A stretch of DNA of 53,237 nucleotides from an uncultured Clostridiaceae bacterium (GTDB lineage: Bacteria; Bacillota; Clostridia; TANB77; CAG-508), in contig CAMVIX010000003.1 in assembly GCA_947167695.1 (NCBI GenBank), forward strand, positions 1-53,237. The letters run 5' to 3'. The notes under the pieces are model-generated. The model had not been told where the DNA came from. It saw only the letters and a program-made list of their open reading frames with translations, and searched no databases. Within the stretch, counting starts at the first letter, position 1. Each line of letters begins with the position of its first letter. Both the position numbers and the translations under genes were made by a program. Below, piece after piece: positions 1 through 10,362 of this stretch.

Positions 1-81
1 TAATTTGTCATCATATGGAAATTTAAAACCATATATCCATATTCCATCTATTTTTCCAGATATATCTTCTTTTTCATAATC

Positions 82-2433
82 TTAAGCTTTACTGTTTTCT
101 TCTAGATTATCATTTTGTGTTGTTGTCTCTTCTGTTTCATGAGTTACATCATTTATCCATTTATCAATTTTATCTACTGATACTTGTTCCCTGTTTTCTA
201 TGTCGAAATAAACATTAATAAGAGAATCCATTCCTCCTTCAATAGATATACTTACATACTTATTTCCTATTATTGATGTTGATACCGTAATTAAATTAGC
301 GTCACCAAATTTACTAGTGTAATATGTATTGTTTTTTCTTTCTTCTTCTTCAAGTTCTTTTATATAAGCATCACTAATTATTCTAGTATTAATATAGTTG
401 TTGATAAATCTATTCAGATCATCATTATTGGTGTTAAGATAATATATGTCATATTCATATTCATCTGTTTCTTTTTTTTCTATTGTTGACTTTAGTCCTC
501 CGGCTCCTCTGTATGATCTTCTATATACATCTATGTTTATTTTTACATCATCTTCCCAAATGCCTTTCATATCTCTTGCTTTATATATGCATGACATGTT
601 GTCAAGATAAGTATCTATAATAAATTCAGCACCTTCTACAAAATATTGGTTGTCTTTAGGGAATACAAGTTTTACATCTATTTCTCCATAGTCACCATAA
701 AGTCCTCCAAGGCATACCTCAAATCCATCCTTTGGTAAAGAATTAAAGTTTCGTTTTGTTTCAATTCGTTTGATTTTGGTTAATTCAATTTCGTATGGAA
801 TACGTAGTTCCATTTGCTCGTTTATTTCTTTTACAAAATTCGTATTTTTGTAGAAGAGGTCGCTTAAGTTTACCTCTTTTCCTGTATATAGGTCATATAT
901 CTTACTATAAGATTTATATGGGTAGCTAACTCCTGATTGTGCTCTAATCTGATACATCATATATACATTTGCACTTAGGTATCCATTTACACATACTATA
1001 TCAGTTTTTATTCCATTGTATCCATATAGTTCATAATTATCTGTATAGTATTCATTTGCTTTAGAAAGTTGTTTTTTTGCATTTTCGTTTAACAATTTTA
1101 CATAGTTTTTACATTCATCTTCAAGGGGTTTAAGCTCTTCTATTGAATCTTTAATAAATGTATTTATAGTGTTTTGCAAGTTTTTATCTTTTAATTTGCT
1201 AATTGGAGTGAAATCGATTTTATTATTTGCTGATTCATAATTGTTTTTCTCTCTCCATTCGTCTTCACTTAACCCATACATTTCATTTGCATTAATCTTA
1301 TAATAATAAGCGTCTGCTTTCTCGCCTCTTATTTCACTTGAAGTTCCTGTTTGTGTATAAGGCTCTATTTCAAATTCTTTTACTTTAACGTTTTTTACTG
1401 GTACATATCCTGCATTTACCATTGCTACTTGTCCATTATATGTAAGTAGCCACTCTGTTAGTTCTTTTACTTTTGTAGTTTCTTCACTTTTCTTATTGTA
1501 TATTGCATAATTGTAGTTAAGTAGTGGGTATTCTCTGCTTGCCATTGTTTCTTTTGTTGGTTCTACTCCATCTACCTTTATAAACTTTATTTCGTTTCCA
1601 TTTCCGTACATATTTGCAGCATATGCATAGACTGAATATCCTATTGCATTTTCAGCATTGTCATATGTTGCAACTGCATCCATTAGCCCTGCCATGGATT
1701 CAGGTGTATAGCTTGTTTTAGGCTCAATGAGATTGCTATCTTTCATAAATTCTTTCATATAGTTTTGACTTCCAGATGTTTCATTTCTTTGGTAAGCTAC
1801 TATCTCTGCATCATTGCCACCTAACTGTTTCCAGTTTGTTATTTTTCCACTGTATATGTCTTTTAATTGTTGCTGTGTTAATGAACTAACTGGATTTTTT
1901 GCATTAACAACAAACACAAATCCTTCTAGTACTACTGGGATTTCAACTAATTCTATGTTTGCTTTTTTGGCACTTTCATATTGATTTTCAGATAGTGGCG
2001 TGCTAAATATAATATCGCATTTCCCTTTTAAAAGATTATCATAAGATCCATAAGTTGTTGCATGGACAACTCCTGCTTCTGCTTTTTCCTGTGTTATATT
2101 AAACAAAGCAGCTTTTATTCCCGCTTCTAGTGGTATTGTTGATGTTGAGCCATCCATTGATGGTAAATTTGATTTTAAAATAGTTTCCAATTCAGCAGTT
2201 CTTGCTTTTTCCTCTTGGCTAGGTTCATAATATTTTTGTTTTATATTTTGTGTTACTTCACTTGACATAGTTTCTGTAATATTTTGCGTTACTTTGCTTG
2301 TTTCTATAATATTTTCCTTACTTCTAGAATTTTTGTGATAAATTAATACTCCTCCTAATATTAGTAATATTGCAAGTATTATAAACAAAGCAATACTCCA
2401 CAGTTTTACCTTAACTTCTCTTTTTCCTTCCAT
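82..2433 (-). CDS. Membrane-anchored PstS-like substrate-binding protein fused to a long C-terminal extracytoplasmic region (DUF3298/RsiV-like appearance)
   Basis: N-terminal TM helix; PstS/PBP motifs (GSTST, VFVVN..NPV, YQRNETSGSQ, AIGYS, YPL..Y.Y); C-terminal YDLYTGKEVNLSDLF-type motif. Confidence 0.75.
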   Translation of the reverse strand: MEGKREVKVKLWSIALFIILAILLILGGVLIYHKNSRSKENIIETSKVTQNITETMSSEVTQNIKQKYYEPSQEEKARTAELETILKSNLPSMDGSTSTIPLEAGIKAALFNITQEKAEAGVVHATTYGSYDNLLKGKCDIIFSTPLSENQYESAKKANIELVEIPVVLEGFVFVVNAKNPVSSLTQQQLKDIYSGKITNWKQLGGNDAEIVAYQRNETSGSQNYMKEFMKDSNLIEPKTSYTPESMAGLMDAVATYDNAENAIGYSVYAYAANMYGNGNEIKFIKVDGVEPTKETMASREYPLLNYNYAIYNKKSEETTKVKELTEWLLTYNGQVAMVNAGYVPVKNVKVKEFEIEPYTQTGTSSEIRGEKADAYYYKINANEMYGLSEDEWREKNNYESANNKIDFTPISKLKDKNLQNTINTFIKDSIEELKPLEDECKNYVKLLNENAKKQLSKANEYYTDNYELYGYNGIKTDIVCVNGYLSANVYMMYQIRAQSGVSYPYKSYSKIYDLYTGKEVNLSDLFYKNTNFVKEINEQMELRIPYEIELTKIKRIETKRNFNSLPKDGFEVCLGGLYGDYGEIDVKLVFPKDNQYFVEGAEFIIDTYLDNMSCIYKARDMKGIWEDDVKINIDVYRRSYRGAGGLKSTIEKKETDEYEYDIYYLNTNNDDLNRFINNYINTRIISDAYIKELEEEERKNNTYYTSKFGDANLITVSTSIIGNKYVSISIEGGMDSLINVYFDIENREQVSVDKIDKWINDVTHETEETTTQNDNLEENSKA

Positions 2434-2539
2434 CTCTATCTATCTCCTTTGTTTTTTATTTCATAAATATTATAGCATTGTAAAAAACTTTTACAATACT
2501 TTTTGATTCATTTACAAAAAATACTGTTGCAAAACTCAT

Positions 2540-2568
2540 TTGACATTTTCTATTACTAATGGTACAAT
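2540..2568 (+). promoter_or_regulatory. SigA-type promoter for the small Arg-rich ORF and rubrerythrin
   Basis: TTGACA (2540-2545), 17 nt, TACAAT (2563-2568) with extended TGn. Confidence 0.75.
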
Positions 2569-2596
2569 GCTTGTAGATTCAAAAGAAAGGATTGTG

Positions 2597-2779
2597 ATGA
2601 ATATGCCAGTTATGGATTCAAAAGGCAATTTATTCGATGAAAGACGAAAAGGAGACAGAAGGAAAAGAAATACAGAAGTTGAAAAAGACAATAGAACAAG
2701 TCAGAGAAGAAAGTCTGGTCAAACTAAAGAGCGTAGAGTTACCGCCGACAGACGTGTTGGTGAAAGAAGAAAAAAATAA
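2597..2779 (+). CDS. Small basic protein with repeated (E/D)RRxx(D/E)RR motifs
   Basis: RBS GAAAGGA before ATG 2597, downstream of a consensus promoter; the ORF-track start at 2540 lies in the -35 box. Confidence 0.65.
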   Translation: MNMPVMDSKGNLFDERRKGDRRKRNTEVEKDNRTSQRRKSGQTKERRVTADRRVGERRKK

Positions 2780-2824
2780 TAATTTTTACAACAATGTAAA
2801 ATACTATAAAGGGAGGAATTGTTT

Positions 2825-3358
2825 ATGGAATTAAAAGGATCTAAAACAGAACAAAATTTACGTGCTGCTTTTTCTGGTGAATCTGAAGCTAGAAATAAGT
2901 ACACATACTTTGCAAGCGTTGCAAAAAAAGAAGGCTATGAGCAAATTGCAAATATCTTTCTAGAAACAGCAGAAAATGAGAAAGAACATGCTAAACTTCA
3001 TTTTAAATATTTAAATGGAATTGGTACTACTGAAGAAAACTTAGCAGCAGCTGCTGCTGGTGAAAATTATGAATGGACAGATATGTACGAAAACTTTGCT
3101 AAGGTTGCTGATGAAGAAGGTTTTGCAGAAATAGCTGCAACATTTCGCGGAATTGGCAAAATAGAAAAAGAACATGAAGCAAGATACCGTAAGCTTTTAG
3201 AAAATCTTCAAAATGGTGAAGTTTTCAAAAAAGGAAGTATTGTAATTTGGCAATGCAGAAACTGCGGTCATATTGTTGTTGGAACTCAAGCTCCAGAAAT
3301 ATGTCCAGTTTGCAAGCATCCAAAAGCATATTTTGAAGTTAAGGCTGAAAATTATTAA
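2825..3358 (+). CDS. rbr: Rubrerythrin
   Basis: [22 protein letters not shown] diiron motifs; C-terminal CRNCG...CPVC rubredoxin domain; GGAGG before ATG 2825. Confidence 0.95.
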   Translation: MELKGSKTEQNLRAAFSGESEARNKYTYFASVAKKEGYEQIANIFLETAENEKEHAKLHFKYLNGIGTTEENLAAAAAGENYEWTDMYENFAKVADEEGFAEIAATFRGIGKIEKEHEARYRKLLENLQNGEVFKKGSIVIWQCRNCGHIVVGTQAPEICPVCKHPKAYFEVKAENY

Positions 3359-3378
3359 TTTACATTTTAAATGTTAAA

Positions 3379-3534
3379 TAAAGAGTGGTATATATATTAT
3401 TTAAAATTTGGATTCGGCTTTTACGCCTATGATAAGCGCGAGACAGTAGCTATCGTAATAAGAAAGCATGAAGTACCTCTGGCGTTTCCGCGTTTAGAGA
3501 AGACATAATTTTAAATAATATATATACCACTCTT
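3379..3534. repeat. About 155-bp element with ~27-bp near-perfect terminal inverted repeats between convergent rbr and rimO
   Basis: AAAGAGTGGTATATATATTATTTAAAATT ... AATTTTAAATAATATATACCACTCTTT. Confidence 0.75.
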
Positions 3535-3567
3535 TTACTTTAGTAATTTAATTTCTATATACGAAAT

Positions 3568-4875
3568 CTAAACGACAATTTCTCCAATCAAATCATATTC
3601 CATAACATCAACAATTTTGCACTTTGCAAACTGACCAATTTCCAAGTCTTTCGTATTTTTTATCCAGCAAACGCCATCCATATCAGGCACATCCATATAT
3701 GTCCTTGCCATATAATATTTGCCATCTAATGTAACATTTTCAATTAAAGCTTCGTAAGTATTTCCTATTTTAGAATTTAAAACATCTCTTGAAATATCTT
3801 GTTGCAAAGCCATTATTTTATTTCTTCTTGATTTTTTTGTGTTAAAATGAACTTGCTCATCCATTTTTGCAGCCGGAGTTCCGTCTTCTTTTGAATAAGC
3901 AAAAACGCCTAGCTTGTCAAACTTAATTTTTCCTACAAAATCAAATAATTCGTTATAATCCTCCTGTGTTTCTCCTGGAAAACCAACTATAAGTGAAGTT
4001 CTAATAATAGCATCTGGTATTTTTGCACGTATTTTCATTATCAGTTTTTCTATTGATTCACCTGTAGTTCTTCTATTCATTTTTTTTAATATCTTATTTG
4101 ACCTATGTTGAATTGGGATATCAAAATAATGGCAAACTTTTTTACTATTTGCAACTACTTCTATCAGCTCATCTGTAATACTTTCTGGATAGGCATATAA
4201 AAACCTAATCCACTTGAATTCATCTATGTTATCTAGCTCTTTAAGTAACTGTGCAAGTTTACTTTCGCCATATAAATCTATTCCATATTTTGTAGTATCT
4301 TGTGCTATAACGATTATTTCTTTAATTCCTTTTTGTGCAAGCTTTTTAGCTTCTTCTAAAACATCTTCGATAGGTCTACTTACAAATTTTCCTCTAATCG
4401 CAGGTATTGCACAGTATGTGCAATAGTTGCTACATCCTTCAGCAATTTTTAGATAAGCTGTAGAGTCACCTGTTGTGATGCTTCTATTTTCATAGCTTAA
4501 GAAATCATTCTTCGGCTTGTCCTTTTTTAGCATTTGCTCTACTTTCAGCCAAAGATTGTCATATTCGTCAAGGCTTATCCATAAATCAACTTCAGGAATT
4601 GCTTTTTTTAGTTCTTCTTTATATCTTTTAACTAAGCATCCCATTGCTATTAAATATTTACAATTTCCAGTTGCTTTATATAATGACATTTCAAGTATAG
4701 TATTAATTGCCTCTTCTTTTGCAGATTCTATAAAGCCACATGTATTTACAACAATAATTTCGGCCTCTTTTGGATCTGCTACAACATCAAATTTGTGCTT
4801 CTTAAATAGACCAATGCACATTTCAGTATCTACCAAGTTTTTAGAACACCCAAGTGATACAAATCCTACTTTCAT
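3568..4875 (-). CDS. rimO: Ribosomal protein uS12 methylthiotransferase RimO
   Basis: SLGCSKNLVDTE, NTCGFI, CSNYCTYC radical SAM motif, C-terminal TRAM (PDMDG). Confidence 0.95.
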   Translation of the reverse strand: MKVGFVSLGCSKNLVDTEMCIGLFKKHKFDVVADPKEAEIIVVNTCGFIESAKEEAINTILEMSLYKATGNCKYLIAMGCLVKRYKEELKKAIPEVDLWISLDEYDNLWLKVEQMLKKDKPKNDFLSYENRSITTGDSTAYLKIAEGCSNYCTYCAIPAIRGKFVSRPIEDVLEEAKKLAQKGIKEIIVIAQDTTKYGIDLYGESKLAQLLKELDNIDEFKWIRFLYAYPESITDELIEVVANSKKVCHYFDIPIQHRSNKILKKMNRRTTGESIEKLIMKIRAKIPDAIIRTSLIVGFPGETQEDYNELFDFVGKIKFDKLGVFAYSKEDGTPAAKMDEQVHFNTKKSRRNKIMALQQDISRDVLNSKIGNTYEALIENVTLDGKYYMARTYMDVPDMDGVCWIKNTKDLEIGQFAKCKIVDVMEYDLIGEIVV

Positions 4876-4889
4876 AAAATTCTACTTCC

Positions 4890-6050
4890 TTAATTAATAT
4901 GTTTTCTTGTCATTTCCATTAAATTTAACTTTGTGAATCCCATAACTTGCGTTTTAGAACGATCCTTTTTCAGTTCATCTTTTAATAAATTCTCAATTTT
5001 TTCTTTATTTTCCTTCTCTTGCATATCTATATAATCTATAATTATAATTCCTCCAATGTCTCTTAATTTAAGCTGTTTAGCAATTTCAATAGTTGCCTCT
5101 TTATTTACCTGCAAGACTGTTTGCTCCAAGTTTTTGGTTCCTATATACTTGCCAGAATTTACATCTATTGCTGTTAGTGCTTCTGTTTTATCTATAGTTA
5201 TAAATCCACCACATTTAAGCCAAATTTTGCGTTTTTCAATTTGTTCTATTTGCCTTTGGATATCATAATATGTGTCTAAATTACTATCCAAACTCAATTT
5301 AACATTTGGTATATCTTTAGCTAATTGTTTTATTTGAGAATATGTTTCTCTATTTTCTACTACAATGCTACGAATTTCTCTATCAACAAAATCATTAAAA
5401 ATGCGTTTTATAATGCTATTTCCGTTATAAATTAAGCATGGTATGTTTTTTTCACTTTTTGCTTTCTTTGCAATTTTGTTCCACTCTTGGCAGAGGTTTT
5501 CCACATCTTCTTTTAATATATCTGTTGATTTATTTTCACTTGATGTTCTCATTATTGCCCCCATATTTTCAGGTAATAGTTCTTTAATAATACTTTTTAA
5601 TCTTTCACATTCTGCCTTGTCTTCTATTTTTTGAGAAACAGTAATAAAATTTGCATTTGGCATTAGTACAACATATTTACCCGATAAACTTATATGTGTT
5701 GAAACTTTTGCTCCTTTTTTACTGTTTTCTGTTCTCTTTACTTGCACTAATAATTCCATGCCAGGCTTTATAACGTCTTTTATATTTATGTCGTCTTTTA
5801 AAGCCGGATCTAAGCTTTCGTCTACTTTTGGCAAAACGTCCTTTAGATGTATGAAAGCATTTTTATTGTCTCCAATATTAACAAATGCTGCTTGAAGTCC
5901 TGGAATAACGTTTTGAACTTTTCCTATATAAATATTTCCTTCAATGTTCTCTTGAGGTTTCTCCACTACAATTCTTTCAGATAGAAAACCATTTTCAATT
6001 AATAAAATTTCTTGTCTTTCAATATTTTCTTTGATTAATATATCGTACAT
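4890..6050 (-). CDS. Rne/Rng family ribonuclease (RNase G-like)
   Basis: GNIYIGKVQNVIPGLQAAFV S1 domain; IDKTEALTAIDVNSG; LRDIGGIIIIDYIDM. Confidence 0.92.
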   Translation of the reverse strand: MYDILIKENIERQEILLIENGFLSERIVVEKPQENIEGNIYIGKVQNVIPGLQAAFVNIGDNKNAFIHLKDVLPKVDESLDPALKDDINIKDVIKPGMELLVQVKRTENSKKGAKVSTHISLSGKYVVLMPNANFITVSQKIEDKAECERLKSIIKELLPENMGAIMRTSSENKSTDILKEDVENLCQEWNKIAKKAKSEKNIPCLIYNGNSIIKRIFNDFVDREIRSIVVENRETYSQIKQLAKDIPNVKLSLDSNLDTYYDIQRQIEQIEKRKIWLKCGGFITIDKTEALTAIDVNSGKYIGTKNLEQTVLQVNKEATIEIAKQLKLRDIGGIIIIDYIDMQEKENKEKIENLLKDELKKDRSKTQVMGFTKLNLMEMTRKHIN

Positions 6051-6060
6051 CTTTTTACTC

Positions 6061-6618
6061 CTAGTTATATAAATTCATAGCTTTATCTATTCCATTTTTT
6101 AAAATTTCAATTACCGCACATTTAGCACTTTCAGTACCTTCATCTAATAAAGGCCACTCTTCTTCTGGTACAGCACCTATTACATGTTCTATTAAGTCCG
6201 TACCAGCCTTTGGCATTCCTATTCCCACACGAACTCTTGGAAATTCATCTGAGTTTAAGAAATGCACAACAGACTTCATTCCATTATGTGTGCCAGGTCC
6301 TCCTTTTTTTCTAATGCGAACTGTTCCTGGCTCTAAGTCAATATCATCATATATTACAACAATGTTCTCGTTTTCCAATTTATAGAAATTCTTGTATTCT
6401 ATAACAGCCTCTCCACTTGAATTCATAAAGGTCTGCGGTTCTAATAAAATTACTTTTTCGCCCTCTATTACGCCAGTTCCAAAGTTACCATTAAACTTAT
6501 TTCTGCTTAATTCAATCTCGTATTCCTTTGCTATTTTATTCACAACATGAAAACCCATATTATGCCTTGTTTTATCATAATCTGCTTCAGGATTTCCTAG
6601 TCCAACTATTAAATACAT
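6061..6618 (-). CDS. pth: Peptidyl-tRNA hydrolase
   Basis: LIVGLGNP, TRHNMGF, PQTFMNSSG, DDIDL, GTHNGMKS. Confidence 0.96.
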   Translation of the reverse strand: MYLIVGLGNPEADYDKTRHNMGFHVVNKIAKEYEIELSRNKFNGNFGTGVIEGEKVILLEPQTFMNSSGEAVIEYKNFYKLENENIVVIYDDIDLEPGTVRIRKKGGPGTHNGMKSVVHFLNSDEFPRVRVGIGMPKAGTDLIEHVIGAVPEEEWPLLDEGTESAKCAVIEILKNGIDKAMNLYN

Positions 6619-6637
6619 TTTTTCTTCTCCCTATGTT

Positions 6638-7744
6638 TTAAAACTCATTATCATATTTAGCAATTTTTTGATACATATCTGCATCCGGCCTTGACATATC
6701 TTCTCTGACCTGCTTTGGCACGTACTTTCTTATGTCTGCTATAATCTTACAATAATTTACTGCTTCTTCATAATTTCCTTCAACAATTTGGCTTATAATC
6801 ATTTGCTGTGCCTCCTGCGCAGCAGGGACTTTCAATGTTTGGCTTAATTCATAAAACCAATGCATATTTTCTAAGGCGTTTACCTTTTCTGTGTCTGAAA
6901 GCAAGCTAGAGTCTATAAATTTATAGAGAATATATGACATGTTTTTTGCATACATATATCTATAAAATTTTAACTGATTATGCGCTTTGAAGTTTTCATA
7001 AATTGCTTTATATGCCCTATTTATTCTTTCAAAGTAGTCAGCTGAGCAGTAAAAAGAAACTGATTTGTTTTCATTACTTTGGTTTCTTTGTCTATAACAG
7101 TATATAACATCTGGTATATAGTAAACATTTTCTGATTCCATAAATGCGTATGTGTTAAAATATGCATCTTCTGCTGGAACTCCTTCTAGGAACTTTATGT
7201 TATGGCTTAATATGAATTCCTTTCTATAAATCTTATTACATGCTGAACCATTTAATACAAAAAAGGATTTCGTATAATCTGTAATGCTTAGTTTAAATTC
7301 TTTATATTTTTCCAAGTCAAAAATTGGTTTTGCCCATACAGTTCCGTCTTCATCTGCATTTATATAATTTGCTGTTATAAAATCTGCTTTTTTGCTTTCA
7401 ATAGCATTATACATTGTTTTTACCGCATCTTTTGGCAAAAAATCATCTGCATCTGCAAACATAAGGTATTTACCTTGTGCTAACTCTATTCCTTTATTTC
7501 TTGCTGTTCCTGCTATTTTATTGTTTTTAGGCAATTTTACAGATATAAAATTATCATATTTTTCAGCATATTCGTCCATAATATCTCTGCTATTGTCTGT
7601 AGATAGGTCATCTACCATAATAACTTGTATTTCTTTTAAGTCCATTGTTTGATTTATAATCGACTCTAATAGTGTTCTTAGGTATTTTCCAGCATTATAT
7701 ACTGGAACAGTAAGTGTAATTTTATATTGATTTTCTTGTTTCAT
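6638..7744 (-). CDS. Glycosyltransferase family 2
   Basis: VPVYNAGKYL, VDDLSTDNS, ARNKGI, FADADD motifs. Confidence 0.9.
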   Translation of the reverse strand: MKQENQYKITLTVPVYNAGKYLRTLLESIINQTMDLKEIQVIMVDDLSTDNSRDIMDEYAEKYDNFISVKLPKNNKIAGTARNKGIELAQGKYLMFADADDFLPKDAVKTMYNAIESKKADFITANYINADEDGTVWAKPIFDLEKYKEFKLSITDYTKSFFVLNGSACNKIYRKEFILSHNIKFLEGVPAEDAYFNTYAFMESENVYYIPDVIYCYRQRNQSNENKSVSFYCSADYFERINRAYKAIYENFKAHNQLKFYRYMYAKNMSYILYKFIDSSLLSDTEKVNALENMHWFYELSQTLKVPAAQEAQQMIISQIVEGNYEEAVNYCKIIADIRKYVPKQVREDMSRPDADMYQKIAKYDNEF

Positions 7745-7762
7745 GTTATCCCCCTAGATAAT

Positions 7763-8641
7763 TTATATGAAGTTTTTTGCCCATGGATGTATAATTTCCA
7801 TAGGAATCTTTAAATTATTATTGATTCCTGTTCCTATGAAAATTCCAGGCTTATTTAAGCCATGGTAATCACTTCCACCTGAAATATAGTAATTATTTTT
7901 TTTGCAAAAGTCAAGCAAAAAATGCGTTTGGTTAATTGTAAATTTACTATAATAACATTCTATACCATCCACTAAATGATTTTTTGTTAAGGCATTTAAT
8001 ACTTTTTTAGAATTCTCCCCATAAATAAATGCATGTGGTATAAACGCAAGTCCTCCTGCTTTGTGTATTACTTCGACTACTGCTTCTGGCTTAGGTATAA
8101 TAGAAGAATTGTCTATAAAATATGGACTATTTGGATTAGACATATGTAGTCTATAAAATTCGTGCTCGTCTGTATAATTTGTTTCTTCTATAAATCTCTT
8201 GTTTTCTGGATGTTTTAGTACTTCATTGGTAATTGCTACTTGTCCAGACTCTTTTTTTACATCAAACGCAATATTTTCTTTGTTTAAGACATAACCTCTA
8301 CTCTCAAATATTTCTATCAATTTCTTACTTTCATGTGCATTTATTTTTTCATAACTTGGTGCAAATTCTGGCAATATGTTATTTAGCATATCTATATCAA
8401 CATTATATCCCAGGATTTCAATAGTTGTTCCTTCCACAATTGATTTAAGCTCGCACCCTTTAATTATCTTTCCACTATATAATTTTCTAATATTAGCATT
8501 TTCTAATTCTCTGTATGCTAAACAGGTATCATGGTCGGTTATTGATATACATTCAAGTCCATTTTGTTCCGCTTCCTGTAATATTTCTTTTACACTACAA
8601 GTTCCGTCTGAATACGTTGTATGCATATGTAAATCAATCAT
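7763..8641 (-). CDS. PHP-domain metal-dependent phosphoesterase
   Basis: IDLHMHTTYSDG, ITDHD, GGSDYHG. Confidence 0.9.
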   Translation of the reverse strand: MIDLHMHTTYSDGTCSVKEILQEAEQNGLECISITDHDTCLAYRELENANIRKLYSGKIIKGCELKSIVEGTTIEILGYNVDIDMLNNILPEFAPSYEKINAHESKKLIEIFESRGYVLNKENIAFDVKKESGQVAITNEVLKHPENKRFIEETNYTDEHEFYRLHMSNPNSPYFIDNSSIIPKPEAVVEVIHKAGGLAFIPHAFIYGENSKKVLNALTKNHLVDGIECYYSKFTINQTHFLLDFCKKNNYYISGGSDYHGLNKPGIFIGTGINNNLKIPMEIIHPWAKNFI

Positions 8642-9723
8642 TTTTTTCCTCTTCCTTCAATTTAAAAACATTTTTGTATCCAATTGCAACAACCGCAATA
8701 ACCATTATTAAAAATGATAGTGCTTTCCATATTCCGCTGTCTAATAAAATTACAGCACTCATTCCTAAGGTTGCACTTATTGCATATAATATTAATACTG
8801 CTTGTTTTTGTGTATAGCCTTTTGCCATCAACCTATGATGTAAATGCTTCTTATCAGGCTGAACTATTGCCTTTATTGATTTTCCACCTATTGTTCTTCT
8901 TATAATAGCCCAAAGTGTATCAAAGATAGGTAACCCAAGAACAATTAGTGGTGCAACAATTACTATTGCCGTATAAGTTTTGGCAACACCCAATATTGAA
9001 ATAACAGCTAATGAATAACCTAAAAAGTTTGACCCTGTGTCACCTATAAACGTCTTTGCAGGATTAAAATTAAATGGTAAAAATCCAAGCAAAGCTCCCG
9101 CCAGTGCAGTTACTGCTATTATTGCTACTATTGGCGAATCATTTAATGAAAATATTATTAAAAGTGATAAACATGAAATTATACCTATTCCAGAAGATAG
9201 TCCATCTAACCCATCAATTAGGTTAATTGCATTTGTAATTCCTACAATCCATCCTAGTGTTATTATTATTGAAAAAGTATAATTTAACCATATTTCATTG
9301 AAAAATGGTAGATTTAAATTTTCTATTCTTACTCCACTATATACCACTATTATTGCCGCAATTAGCTGACCTGCAAGTTTTTTAAGTGGTGCTAAGCCTT
9401 TATAGTCATCTATAAAACAAGTGATAGCAAGTATAACAATTCCACCTAAAAAACCTAGCAGTTTAATTCCATTTTGTTCTTCCCCAACTAAAGAAATTGT
9501 TCCTTCTATACTCATTACGGAAACTAAATAAATCATTGAAACTAGGAATCCACATATTACAGCAATTCCTCCGAAGTCTTGGAATAGGCGTTTTATTTAT
9601 TCTTCTTTCCTCTTTAGGTTTATCAACAGCGTCTATTTTCTTTGCTAATTTAATTGTATATGGTGTTATTACAAAAGATGTAATACACCCTAGTAAAAAT
9701 GCTATTGCAATATCTCCCCACAT
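8634..9723 (-). CDS. tagO: MraY/WecA/TagO-family undecaprenyl-phosphate GlcNAc-1-phosphate transferase; one +1 shift at in-frame CGG 9571-9573 (about 362 aa when joined)
   Basis: Skipping the C of CGG restores PIPRLGGIAVICGF and joins track ORFs 9463..9723 and 8634..9536; DDYK, NAINLIDGLDGL, FIGDTGS, HLHHRL. Confidence 0.9.
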
Positions 9724-9739
9724 AGCCTAATCCTCCAAA

Positions 9740-10186
9740 TTATTTCATATTTTCATTTTCAATTTCTTGTATCATCTTTAATCTTTCGTTATATCTTCCT
9801 CCTTCAAATGATGTTGCAAGCCATATTCTAAGACAGCTTATTGCATCATTTGTGCTCATATAATCTGCTCCAAGAGCTAACACATTTGTATTGTTATGTG
9901 CTCTGCAGAATTTAGCTGTTTCTTCATTATATACTGGTGCACAATAAATCCCTCTAAATTTATTAGCAACAATTGCCATACCATATCCTGAACGGCAAAT
10001 TAATATTCCCTTTTCAGCCTTACCTGCTTGTACTTTCTCGCAAACATCTTTAGCCATAATAGGGAAATCTGTCCTTTCTTCAGAATAAGTTCCAACATCT
10101 TCAAATTCTATCCCATTTTCTGTTAAATATTTTTTTATTTCTTCTTTAAACTTATATCCTCCATGGTCTGCACCTATTGCTATCAT
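9740..10186 (-). CDS. rpiB: Ribose-5-phosphate isomerase B
   Basis: IAIGADHGG, GILICRSGYG, HNNTNVL, FEGGRY; RBS GAAAGGA before ATG 10186. Confidence 0.93.
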   Translation of the reverse strand: MIAIGADHGGYKFKEEIKKYLTENGIEFEDVGTYSEERTDFPIMAKDVCEKVQAGKAEKGILICRSGYGMAIVANKFRGIYCAPVYNEETAKFCRAHNNTNVLALGADYMSTNDAISCLRIWLATSFEGGRYNERLKMIQEIENENMK

Positions 10187-10307
10187 TTTTATCACATTCC
10201 TTTCAATTTTGTTTGCAATTAATATATCATAAAAACAAGAAAAATACAAGAGAAGCAAGTGAAGGAAAAATTCCGCATTGGGGGAATTTCCTCCTTCCTC
10301 GTTTCTC

Positions 10308-10336
10308 TTGACAAATGGCGTGTTTTGTCGTATTAT
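10308..10336 (+). promoter_or_regulatory. SigA-type promoter of mscL
   Basis: TTGACA, 17 nt, TATTAT. Confidence 0.65.
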
Positions 10337-10362
10337 GTATATTGTAGAAAGGGGAGAAAACT

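Noticed and set aside
1-81. Partial gene at the left edge
   Set aside because: Only short open frames are present, too little sequence to call.
4890-6050. Short Rne/Rng protein as a truncation or frameshift
   Set aside because: It ends after the catalytic core with a normal stop next to the rimO RBS; there is no CGG and no continuing frame.
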